The notes beneath the pieces are model-generated. The model was given only the letters and a program-made list of their open reading frames with translations, ran no database searches and was not told the origin of the DNA. 64,000 nucleotides of DNA, taken from Deltaproteobacteria bacterium (GTDB taxonomy: Bacteria; Desulfobacterota; Desulfomonilia; UBA1062). Below are positions 56,048 to 64,000 of the stretch, one piece after another. Positions within the stretch are counted from its first letter, which is position 1, and every line of letters starts with the position of its first letter. A program made the position numbers and the translations under genes. Location: the NCBI GenBank assembly GCA_018434685.1, contig JAHDOV010000003.1, positions 28,302 through 92,301 of the forward strand, written 5' to 3'.

Positions 56048-57916
56048 ATGGAACAGAAGAAAAGCATGTATGGTCTCTTTGCTGTCCTCCTCGTCGTGCT
56101 CATTTTCGGGGTATATTTCAACATCCTCGACAACGAGCCCACGAACTGGGACGACCCGGCGCTCTTCCTGCGCACGGCGATTCACGAGATCAGCCTCGAT
56201 AACCTGAAGAAGGTCATGGCCTTCAGCAGTGGCTCGACCTACCAGCCGGTCCGGGATCTCTCCTACATGATCGATTTTGAACTCTGGGGCAGCGGTGTCG
56301 TCCTGGGCATGCACCTGCACGGGCTGATCCTGTATGCACTCATGATCCTGGCCTGCTGGCTCTTTCTCCTCGAGCTCTTCAAGGCATTCTCCGACGACCA
56401 CGCGCTCTGTTTCATCTGGGCGAGCCTTTCAGCCGTGATCTTTGCCGTACACCCGGTGCACGTGGAGAGTGTCACCTGGCTCTATGCGAGAAAGGAGCCG
56501 CTGCTGGGCCTGTTCACCTTCGTGAGCCTCTGGGCCTTTGTCCTGGGCAGGACGCATCACTGGAAATACTATGTCCTGAGCGTAGTCGGCCTCGTGCTTG
56601 CGGTCCTGTCAAAACCCACGGCAGTCATGATCCCCGGGGTCATGATCGCGTTGGATCTCGCGATTCAGGCACACCGGAGGGAGCCGTCATTCTGGAAGAA
56701 GAGGCTCTTTGTCTATATCCCCATGTTCGTGGTGGCAGTGCCCATGGTCATCCGGCTGCTGAGCGTCATGTACCAGGTGGGCGGGGTAAAGCCGTATCAT
56801 GGCGGAAGCTTCTGGACCAATCTCCTGGCCGTATCCCAGATCATGATGGGGTATGTGTCGCTCATCGGCTTCACGATCAACTATGCGGCCGACTATCCCA
56901 TAGAGCTCTACGCACACGCCCATGCATGGCAGGCGTGGGTGTTCGTGGCATTGAATGTCCTGCTCCTGGCGAGTGCCGTGGCAGCCTCTGTCAGGAAGCA
57001 CTACCTGTATGCATTCTTTGTGGCCTGGTACTACCTCTTTCTCCTGCCGGTATCCCACATCTTCCCCATCTCTCAGGTCATGGCCGACCGGTATGCCTTC
57101 CTCCCGTCGCTGAGCTGGTGCGTTCTGGTAGGATTTCTCCTGGCGAAACTCTGGCACCTGAAGCTGAATTCGAAGATGTTTTCACCCGAGTTCCCCAGGC
57201 TCATCGCCGTGGCGTTGTTTTCCGTGCTGGTGCTGTCGTACTCATACATGACCCACCGGCAGAACGATATCTGGCAGAACTCGCAGGTGCTCTGGGAGGA
57301 TACCCTGGCGAAATACCCCGATTCCTCCCCGGCAAACGTGAACCTCTCCGCGATCTATCTCAGGCAGGGGAGGTTCAAGGAGGTCCAGGATCTCTGCATC
57401 ACCGCCATCAAGGCCAAACCGTATGATTATCTCGCCATCAGCAACCTGGCACTGGCCCAGATGATGATGAAGCAGTACGAGCACGCCAGGCACAACTACC
57501 TGCAGGCCCTCAAGCTCAAACCAGATCTGCCCAAGGCCGAAATGGGCCTTGCCAATACCTACTGGGAGACCGGCGAGTATGAAAAGGCCCATGGGCTGTA
57601 TACAAAGCTCTTCCGGGAAGGCAATGTCATCAATCCCTACCATGCCGCGCAGTACACCTGCCGGCTCGGCTATTCATCGTGGAAAATGGGCAGGAAGGAC
57701 GAGGCCTATGAATTCCTGGGCAGGGCCGGGCTTTTGTCCCGGGACAAACCCCTGCTCCTGAAAGAGCTCGGCATGGTCTATACCAGTATGGGCGATGTCC
57801 CCAGGGCGCTCGAGACCTTTCATGAGGCCATCCCGCTGTTGAAGGACGAGGAGCTCAAGGGGAAACTGCTCCGCCTTCTCGATCTGCTGGAGAAACAGAC
57901 CGCTCAAGCCTACTGA
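56048..57916 (+). CDS. Polytopic membrane protein with C-terminal TPR repeats (TMTC/PMT-like, DUF1736-type)
   Basis: ~11 predicted TM helices over the first ~400 aa, then TPR-like repeats (…AIYLRQGRFKEVQDLC…, …ANTYWETGEYEKA…). Confidence 0.65.
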   Translation: MEQKKSMYGLFAVLLVVLIFGVYFNILDNEPTNWDDPALFLRTAIHEISLDNLKKVMAFSSGSTYQPVRDLSYMIDFELWGSGVVLGMHLHGLILYALMILACWLFLLELFKAFSDDHALCFIWASLSAVIFAVHPVHVESVTWLYARKEPLLGLFTFVSLWAFVLGRTHHWKYYVLSVVGLVLAVLSKPTAVMIPGVMIALDLAIQAHRREPSFWKKRLFVYIPMFVVAVPMVIRLLSVMYQVGGVKPYHGGSFWTNLLAVSQIMMGYVSLIGFTINYAADYPIELYAHAHAWQAWVFVALNVLLLASAVAASVRKHYLYAFFVAWYYLFLLPVSHIFPISQVMADRYAFLPSLSWCVLVGFLLAKLWHLKLNSKMFSPEFPRLIAVALFSVLVLSYSYMTHRQNDIWQNSQVLWEDTLAKYPDSSPANVNLSAIYLRQGRFKEVQDLCITAIKAKPYDYLAISNLALAQMMMKQYEHARHNYLQALKLKPDLPKAEMGLANTYWETGEYEKAHGLYTKLFREGNVINPYHAAQYTCRLGYSSWKMGRKDEAYEFLGRAGLLSRDKPLLLKELGMVYTSMGDVPRALETFHEAIPLLKDEELKGKLLRLLDLLEKQTAQAY

Positions 57917-59448
57917 GTCAGTTCCAGCGGCGAGAGCCTGATGAGGGCGTACGTCTCGTGATCCTCGAACGAGGAGATGAGGCTCGTGTACATGCGCGAG
58001 TTGAGCCCTTCGATGAGGTCGTCGAGATCATCCGTGCTGGCGGCAAGGTAAACGCTCTCGCCTATGGGAACAATCTCCCTGTTCACGACGATGGGCTGTA
58101 CCCCTGCATACTCTATGTACCCCCTCATCACGAGGTCGTCGCGGTAGACGATCAGCGGCGAGTAGGTGGACATCTCCTCGATCGAAGAGATGGGCGCGGA
58201 TGCCTTGGCCGGAAGCTGCAACAGGGCCACTGACCAGGTCAGGACAGACACGGCCGCGACACACAGGGCGATCATGGCGGAATAGGAGCGCCTCTTGACG
58301 AGCCAGAAAAAGACCAGGGCGGCCACGAGAAAAAAGCCGAGGCCGGCTGCGCTGCCCATGTCCAGGCTGAGGCTCGATATCGGATCGAGAGACAGCATGA
58401 CCAGGGCCGGGGCAATGATGACGGCACCGGTCAGTGCCAGACAGATGCCCCGGATGAACTCCACCTTTAATGGTGAACCGAAGCCGTGTGCGACCCAGTA
58501 GCCCGCGAGCATGGCGCCGAAGGGGACGCATACAACGGCAAGCCCGGGGCTGTAACGGGGGGCAAACAGGATGATCGCCAGACCGACGGCAAAGGCGGTC
58601 TTTACCGGAAGCAGAGATCTCCAGGCATCCCTTGCCTCGTCGACCTCGGTATGGATCCATGCCGGAAGTACGAGGGGGAGCCAGGGCAGCGTGTAGAGCG
58701 TGAAGGCCTTGAGTCGGGAGAACAGCCCCGCGCTTTCGCCCTGGGAGAACACGGCCGTGACAAAGGCAGACCCTGCCGCGATTCTATAGGTGAGGTATGC
58801 AGCACCCAGAACGCCTATCGCCAGGAGTATCCCCCACGGTGCCCGGATTTCCAGGAGCCTTCCCGGGGAGAGATCGAACAGGATGAGCAGCAGGATGCCG
58901 AAGGCGAAAAATGCCAGCATGGGCCATCCGCCCGTGATGGTGGACAGGCAGACCAGCACGTACGCCGGGATATACCACCAGGAGTTGTAGTTTTTTATGT
59001 ATATCAGGGAAAAGAGCAGGAACGAGAGGATGCACATGCTAGCCGGGATGACTGCGACGTTGAGCGTGCCGAAGGTCAGGATGAATCCGAGACTCGTCAG
59101 GGTGAGCAGCGCTGAGATCGCCGCCGACTTCATGTCCCACAGCAGCAGGGCGTAGATGCCTGTGCCGGCAGCCACCGCGCACCCCAGCAGGATGCTCGCC
59201 AGCCGCAGCGAGACGATATCCGAGAAGGGGACGAGCGAAAACAGCAGGACGGCTATGGGATTCTGGCCGGTCAGGGGCAGCCCGTTGAGCGTCGGCACGA
59301 GATGGAGGCCTGCGTGCATGTCCCGGATGGCCTGAAACAGCCAGATCTCCCTGCTGCCCGGCACGGGCCCCAGGGCCAGCGGAGAGAGGAGGATGATGCC
59401 ACACACGACAACCCCCAGGACAAAAAAAAGAGCCCGAAAGAATTTCAC
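57910..59448 (-). CDS. Polytopic membrane glycosyltransferase-like protein (ArnT/PMT GT-C fold family)
   Basis: ~12 TM helices, a C-terminal soluble domain, and GT-C-like N-terminal loop residues. Convergent with the TPR membrane protein. Confidence 0.55.
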   Translation of the reverse strand: MKFFRALFFVLGVVVCGIILLSPLALGPVPGSREIWLFQAIRDMHAGLHLVPTLNGLPLTGQNPIAVLLFSLVPFSDIVSLRLASILLGCAVAAGTGIYALLLWDMKSAAISALLTLTSLGFILTFGTLNVAVIPASMCILSFLLFSLIYIKNYNSWWYIPAYVLVCLSTITGGWPMLAFFAFGILLLILFDLSPGRLLEIRAPWGILLAIGVLGAAYLTYRIAAGSAFVTAVFSQGESAGLFSRLKAFTLYTLPWLPLVLPAWIHTEVDEARDAWRSLLPVKTAFAVGLAIILFAPRYSPGLAVVCVPFGAMLAGYWVAHGFGSPLKVEFIRGICLALTGAVIIAPALVMLSLDPISSLSLDMGSAAGLGFFLVAALVFFWLVKRRSYSAMIALCVAAVSVLTWSVALLQLPAKASAPISSIEEMSTYSPLIVYRDDLVMRGYIEYAGVQPIVVNREIVPIGESVYLAASTDDLDDLIEGLNSRMYTSLISSFEDHETYALIRLSPLELTQ

Positions 59449-59677
59449 AGTGTTGACCTCCGAATTATTATGGAGATTTACCTGAGTAACCTAAAAGGTG
59501 TCAAGCATCTAATGGGGTGGAGAAATACCAGGGGTATCGAATCCCTGCACGGAAGTGCCCGGCTGGATCGGTGATTTTTCCCCGGGGCCCTTGGCGGGCC
59601 GTTGTGCATGCGCCTGCGATTATGCCTTAAGGAGTTGACTTTAGCAACGGCTCCCCGTAGTATGGCCCACACTAAAA

Positions 59678-60469
59678 ATGAACGGAGTACCCATGGCTTC
59701 CATCGAGGAACTGCTGAAAGACAAAGGAATCACCAAGCCCAAGCTAATGAGACGCGCAGACCAGAGAAGACCCGACCAGATACGCAACGTGAAGATATCG
59801 CGCGGATACTGCAAGCACGCCCTTGGTTCGTGCCTGATCGAAATCGGGGACACCCGGGTGATCTGCGCCGCGAACATGGAGAACAAGGTGCCGCCGCACC
59901 TCAAGAACAGCGGCACGGGATGGATAACCGCCGAGTACGGCATGCTTCCCTCCTCCACCAATACGAGATCCGTACGGGAATCTTCCCGCGGCCGTACGCA
60001 GGGGAGGACCCACGAGATTCAGAGGCTCATCGGCAGATCGCTGCGCGCCGCGGTGAATCTGGGGCATGTGGGGGAGCGGACCATCTGGCTCGACTGCGAT
60101 GTCATACAGGCCGACGGCGGGACCAGGACCGCATCCATCACGGGTGCCTATGTGGCGCTCAAGGATGCAGTGGATGCCCTGGTGCGGCAGCAGATCATCG
60201 CGAGAAACCCCATCGTTCAGCAGGTGGCTGCCGTATCGGTCGGGATAATCGATGATGAGATCCTGCTGGACCTGAACTATGAGGAAGACTCCCGGGCCGA
60301 TGTGGACATGAACGTGATCATGACCGGCTCGGGCAGCATCATCGAAATCCAGGGTACTGCCGAGGGGGCCCCCTTTACCAAGGAGCAGATGATCTCGCTG
60401 GTGAATTTCGCCCAGAAGGGTATCGGGCAGCTCATGGAGATCCAGAATCAGGCCCTGAGCATGCGATGA
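59678..60469 (+). CDS. rph: Ribonuclease PH
   Basis: The region from [21 protein letters not shown]...[11 protein letters not shown]...[11 protein letters not shown] aligns with the RNase PH family. The likely real start is the internal Met near 59747. Confidence 0.9.
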   Translation: MNGVPMASIEELLKDKGITKPKLMRRADQRRPDQIRNVKISRGYCKHALGSCLIEIGDTRVICAANMENKVPPHLKNSGTGWITAEYGMLPSSTNTRSVRESSRGRTQGRTHEIQRLIGRSLRAAVNLGHVGERTIWLDCDVIQADGGTRTASITGAYVALKDAVDALVRQQIIARNPIVQQVAAVSVGIIDDEILLDLNYEEDSRADVDMNVIMTGSGSIIEIQGTAEGAPFTKEQMISLVNFAQKGIGQLMEIQNQALSMR

Positions 60470-61065
60470 ACATCCTCGTCGCCACGACGAATCCTGGAAA
60501 GATCAGAGAAATCAAGGATATTTTAGCCCTCCCCGGGGTTTCCATCATCACCCCGGCCGATCTGCAGCTCCGGCTCGAGGTGGATGAGGACGGGCTCACC
60601 TTCGCGGAAAATGCAGCAAAGAAGGCCCGGTCCTGGAGCGAGGCCTCGGGTCTGCCCGCCCTGGCGGACGATTCGGGCCTCTGTGTCGAGGCGCTGGGCG
60701 GACGTCCGGGTGTACACTCTGCACGGTTCGCAGGCGCGGGTGCCACGGATGAAGCCAATTATTCACTGCTGCTGGAGTGCCTGCGCGGGGTGAAAGACCG
60801 CTCTGCCCGGTTCGTCTGCGCCGTTGCGCTCTCGTTCCCTGGAGGCGACATGGTCGTGGCCGAGGGGGAGTGCGAGGGGCGGATCCTCGAAGAGCCCATG
60901 GGTGATGCCGGCTTCGGTTATGATCCGGTGTTTTCCGATCCCGCATCGGGAAGATCCTTTGCCCAGCTCACGCCGCAGGAGAAGAACGACCGGAGCCACC
61001 GGAAAAAGGCGCTCATGGCCTTGAGAGAAAAGCTCCGCCAGGCCGGGTATCTCGGGGCACCCTAG
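60466..61065 (+). CDS. rdgB: dITP/XTP pyrophosphatase (Ham1/RdgB)
   Basis: [16 protein letters not shown]-terminus and the FGYDPVF motif. Conserved rph-rdgB pair. Confidence 0.92.
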   Translation: MNILVATTNPGKIREIKDILALPGVSIITPADLQLRLEVDEDGLTFAENAAKKARSWSEASGLPALADDSGLCVEALGGRPGVHSARFAGAGATDEANYSLLLECLRGVKDRSARFVCAVALSFPGGDMVVAEGECEGRILEEPMGDAGFGYDPVFSDPASGRSFAQLTPQEKNDRSHRKKALMALREKLRQAGYLGAP

Positions 61066-61249
61066 CCGGACACGCTCGACTGTCCGGGACCGCCGTCTCC
61101 TTATCGCAATACCGCCACCTCTGAGGTGCCCGCTGCGGGGCACACCTCGAACAGGTTTCCTGCCTCGCCCCGGTATCGTGCGGGGATGCATGACATCCAC
61201 GATCAATTGGTGTACAGTGGAGCAACGAAAGCTGAAGAGGCTGCAGCCA

Positions 61250-61651
61250 ATGACATACCGCTTTATCGATCATACCGCAGACATCGGGATACGGGTTGCC
61301 TCGGCAGATATCAGGGGACTGTTCGAAGAGGCTGCGCGGGCACTCGTCGAGATCATGGGCGCCAGGTCCAGCGGCGGATCCAGGCAGGAAAGGATATCCG
61401 TCCACGGGCTCGATCAGGTGGATATCCTGGTGCGCTGGCTCCAGGAACTCCTCTACCTCATCGAGGTGAGGGATCTGCGGATCACGCAGGTGGAGATCGT
61501 AGAGATTGGCGAAACCGACCTGGAGGCCCTCGTCACCGGAACCGTTTCCCCGACACCGCTCAAGGCAGAGATCAAGGCCGTCACGTACCACAATCTCGAG
61601 ATACAGGAGGTTGACAACAACCTCGAGGCCACCATTATATTCGATACGTGA
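61250..61651 (+). CDS. Archease (RtcB activator)
   Basis: N-terminal archease signature Y.F.DHTADIG; ~134 aa from the internal Met. Immediately precedes rtcB. Confidence 0.8.
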   Translation: MTYRFIDHTADIGIRVASADIRGLFEEAARALVEIMGARSSGGSRQERISVHGLDQVDILVRWLQELLYLIEVRDLRITQVEIVEIGETDLEALVTGTVSPTPLKAEIKAVTYHNLEIQEVDNNLEATIIFDT

Positions 61652-61661
61652 GGGACGACGT

Positions 61662-63107
61662 ATGATGGAAGGACTCAGGATCAGACGGATAGATCCCTTT
61701 CGCCTGGAGATCGAGCGGAAACCGCCCATGCGAACCAGGGGGATTGTGTATGCAAATTCGAAGATAGAGCGGTCGCTGGAAAAAGACATTGTCCTGCAGC
61801 AGGTGGCCAATGTTGCCTGCCTGCCCGGGATCGTCGGGCCTTCCCTCGCAATGCCTGATATCCACTGGGGTTACGGGTTTCCCATAGGCGGCGTTGCCGC
61901 GTTCTCTGCCCGGGATGGGATAATCTCCCCGGGCGGGGTGGGATACGATATCAACTGCGGCATCCGCTGCATCTCGACCAGGCTCGGCCTTGACGAGGTG
62001 AAGCCGGTGCTCGACGAGCTCCTGACCGGCCTGTTCCGGAACGTCCCTGCCGGGGTCGGATCGATTAACAAGGGGTTTCAGGTGGGGAAAAAGGAATTCA
62101 GGGAGGTGCTCACCAAAGGGGCCCTCTGGGCGGTGAAAAAGGGCTTTGCAGACAGGGACGACCTCGATGCCCATGAAGAGAGCGGATGCATCGAAGGGGC
62201 CGATCCGGACATGGTATCTGAGAGGGCCGTTGAACGCGGCCTTCCCCAGCTTGGAACGCTCGGCTCGGGAAACCACTTTCTCGAGCTCGATGTGGTGGAC
62301 GACATCATGGACGAGGAGACAGCAAACCGGTTCGGCCTGTTCGCCGGACAGGTCGTGGTGCTCGTTCACACCGGTTCCCGCGGGCTGGGGCACCAGGTGT
62401 GCGACGATTATGTACACTCCATGCTGGTCTCCCTGCGCCGGTTCGGGATCGAGCTGCCCGACCGGCAGCTCGCCTGCGCCCCGGTGGGGAGCCCGGAAGG
62501 GAAGGCATACCTTGGGGCCATGGCTGCAGCTGCAAACTTTGCCTTTGCGAACAGGGACTTGATCACCCTTGTTGTAAGAGAGACCTTCGAGCGGCAGTTC
62601 AACAGGAGCTCCGAGCGGCTGGGGATGCGGCTCCTCTACGATTGCTGCCACAACATCGCCAAGATGGAAAAGGTGACCCATGAGGGTTCGCCCATCACGG
62701 TGTGCATTCACCGCAAGGGTGCGACCAGGGCCTTTCCACCGGGTGATCCCCGGCTGCCTGAGCGGTACCGGCAGACTGGTCAGCCGGTACTCGTCCCGGG
62801 CGACATGGGGCGGATGTCATATATCCTGGCGGGGCAGGCCGGTTCGCGGGAGACGTTTTACAGTGCCTGTCATGGGGCGGGCCGCCTGCTCTCGAGGCGC
62901 CAGGCGACAAAGATCTCCCGGGGGAGATCCATCCTCGACGAATTGAGGAAAAAGGACATCCACGCCATGGCGGCATCGAGATCCACCCTCGCCGAGGAGA
63001 TCCCCGAGGCGTACAAAGACGTCTCCGATGTGGTCGACACGATCACCGGGGCGGGCATCGCCCGGCCTGTTGCCAGGCTCAGGCCCGTGGCCATGATGAA
63101 GGGTTAG
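61662..63107 (+). CDS. rtcB: RNA-splicing ligase RtcB (3'-phosphate/5'-hydroxyl RNA ligase)
   Basis: Metal-binding and GTP-binding regions PDIHWGYGFPIGGV and GYDINCG, plus downstream His motifs. Start after a GAGGGA RBS. Confidence 0.92.
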   Translation: MMEGLRIRRIDPFRLEIERKPPMRTRGIVYANSKIERSLEKDIVLQQVANVACLPGIVGPSLAMPDIHWGYGFPIGGVAAFSARDGIISPGGVGYDINCGIRCISTRLGLDEVKPVLDELLTGLFRNVPAGVGSINKGFQVGKKEFREVLTKGALWAVKKGFADRDDLDAHEESGCIEGADPDMVSERAVERGLPQLGTLGSGNHFLELDVVDDIMDEETANRFGLFAGQVVVLVHTGSRGLGHQVCDDYVHSMLVSLRRFGIELPDRQLACAPVGSPEGKAYLGAMAAAANFAFANRDLITLVVRETFERQFNRSSERLGMRLLYDCCHNIAKMEKVTHEGSPITVCIHRKGATRAFPPGDPRLPERYRQTGQPVLVPGDMGRMSYILAGQAGSRETFYSACHGAGRLLSRRQATKISRGRSILDELRKKDIHAMAASRSTLAEEIPEAYKDVSDVVDTITGAGIARPVARLRPVAMMKG

Positions 63108-63108
63108 C

Positions 63109-63726
63109 TTATTCTGCCTGGCCCTCAGGGGCTCCTTCGGGGGCTTCAACCTCGACCTTCTTCGTCGGTACAAAGGTGGCGATGACCTTGTCCTCGCTTA
63201 CCCCATGACCCAGGCTGGCGCCTTCCGGCAACTTGAGGCCGGAGGCAAGGATGGCGTCGTGTTTGTCCCTGATGGAAGAGACATCCACCTGGATCTCGGT
63301 GGGGATGTTTGACGGCGTGCACTTGATGCTGATGCTCGTTGCCTCATGGCCGATGGTGCCGGTCCCTTCTTCCTCGGCAGGGGAAGTGCCCACAAAAACC
63401 AGGGGAATATCGACGGTTACGTCCCGTTTGAGGTCGACCTTGAGAAAATCGATATGGACGACGGTTTGAGACAGCTGGTCTCTCTGAACGTTGTGAATGA
63501 GGACATTGGTCGGTTTTCCCTCGATTACGGCATCGATGATGAGGGTTCCATGGGATTTTCTGTACACGTTCTCGAACTGCTTTGCCTTAACCTGGACGGG
63601 CATGGTTTCGAAGCCTTTGCCATAGACTACGCCCGGGATTATGCCCTCCCTGCGGAGTGCGCGCACCTTTTTCTTCTGCACCGAACGTGGTTCCAACTCT
63701 AATTTGAGTGATTCTTTTGTTTCCAT
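63109..63726 (-). CDS. rplY: 50S ribosomal protein L25 / general stress protein Ctc
   Basis: L25 N-terminal beta-barrel (…RREGIIPGVVYGKG…) with the long Ctc-type C-terminal extension. Confidence 0.88.
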   Translation of the reverse strand: METKESLKLELEPRSVQKKKVRALRREGIIPGVVYGKGFETMPVQVKAKQFENVYRKSHGTLIIDAVIEGKPTNVLIHNVQRDQLSQTVVHIDFLKVDLKRDVTVDIPLVFVGTSPAEEEGTGTIGHEATSISIKCTPSNIPTEIQVDVSSIRDKHDAILASGLKLPEGASLGHGVSEDKVIATFVPTKKVEVEAPEGAPEGQAE

Positions 63727-64000
63727 TGTACTTCCTCCGATCTGGAGAGATGCTTCGCCTGAAGAGACGAGCCCTCTTTTCTGATACTATAATACGGCAT
63801 ACCTTATCACCTGACAACCTATATAGACCATGATGCCATGCGTTTACAACCAGGTATTTGGGATTCGGAAACGCTCCCCGGGCATTCTCTTCTTGACATA
63901 TTTGTTTCATATGTTAGTTTCTAGTGGCGATACTGGTAGTTCCTACCGGTATCTTTTTTGTTTTTCAGGTGGAGACTGACATGAAGAGAAACCCCATAAC

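Noticed and set aside
61066-61177. Possible sigma54 promoter or RtcR-dependent regulatory region upstream of archease-rtcB
   Set aside because: I could not find a TGGCAC-N5-TTGC match by eye. Only a GC hairpin (GTGCCC-gctgc-GGGCAC) is present, and it looks like an rdgB terminator.

Overview
This is a high-GC (~60%) bacterial chromosomal window with dense, mostly housekeeping genes. Gene content points to an anaerobic Deltaproteobacteria/Desulfuromonadota-like (Geobacter-like) organism, but that is a guess. The supporting genes are anaerobic glpACB, archaeal-type cofactor-independent phosphoglycerate mutase, rubrerythrin, trxAB, the kdsA-kdsC-lptCAB-rpoN-hpf-ptsN cluster, xerC-hslVU, queFCE, and rph-rdgB followed by archease-rtcB.

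Three places stand out.

1. A 3.2-kb low-GC cassette (13282-16491) sits between an AMMECR1 gene and htrA. It is bounded by ~190-bp imperfect inverted repeats that are full of hairpins with compensatory base changes. It carries three ORFs with no recognisable homology: a 344-aa protein with two C-terminal TM helices, a 255-aa protein and a small lipoprotein-like protein. This is the best candidate for an undescribed mobile toxin or defence module.

2. Three tandem copies of a c-di-GMP-I (GEMM)-type riboswitch aptamer lie in the 5' leader of a small secreted protein gene (30380-30618).

3. A Zn-ribbon/adenylyl-cyclase/STAND-ATPase/TPR giant protein is followed by a stand-alone DUF3883 (NOV C-terminal, PD-(D/E)xK-like) protein with an uncharacterised N-terminal domain.

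Other notes: a subtilisin with a Gly-rich/Cys-TM-basic C-terminal sorting-signal-like tail, a truncated metallophosphoesterase remnant, and tandem glycine-zipper paralogs.

All coordinates come from the supplied ORF track and hand counting, with an expected error of 1-3 nt for non-CDS features. No database searches could be run.
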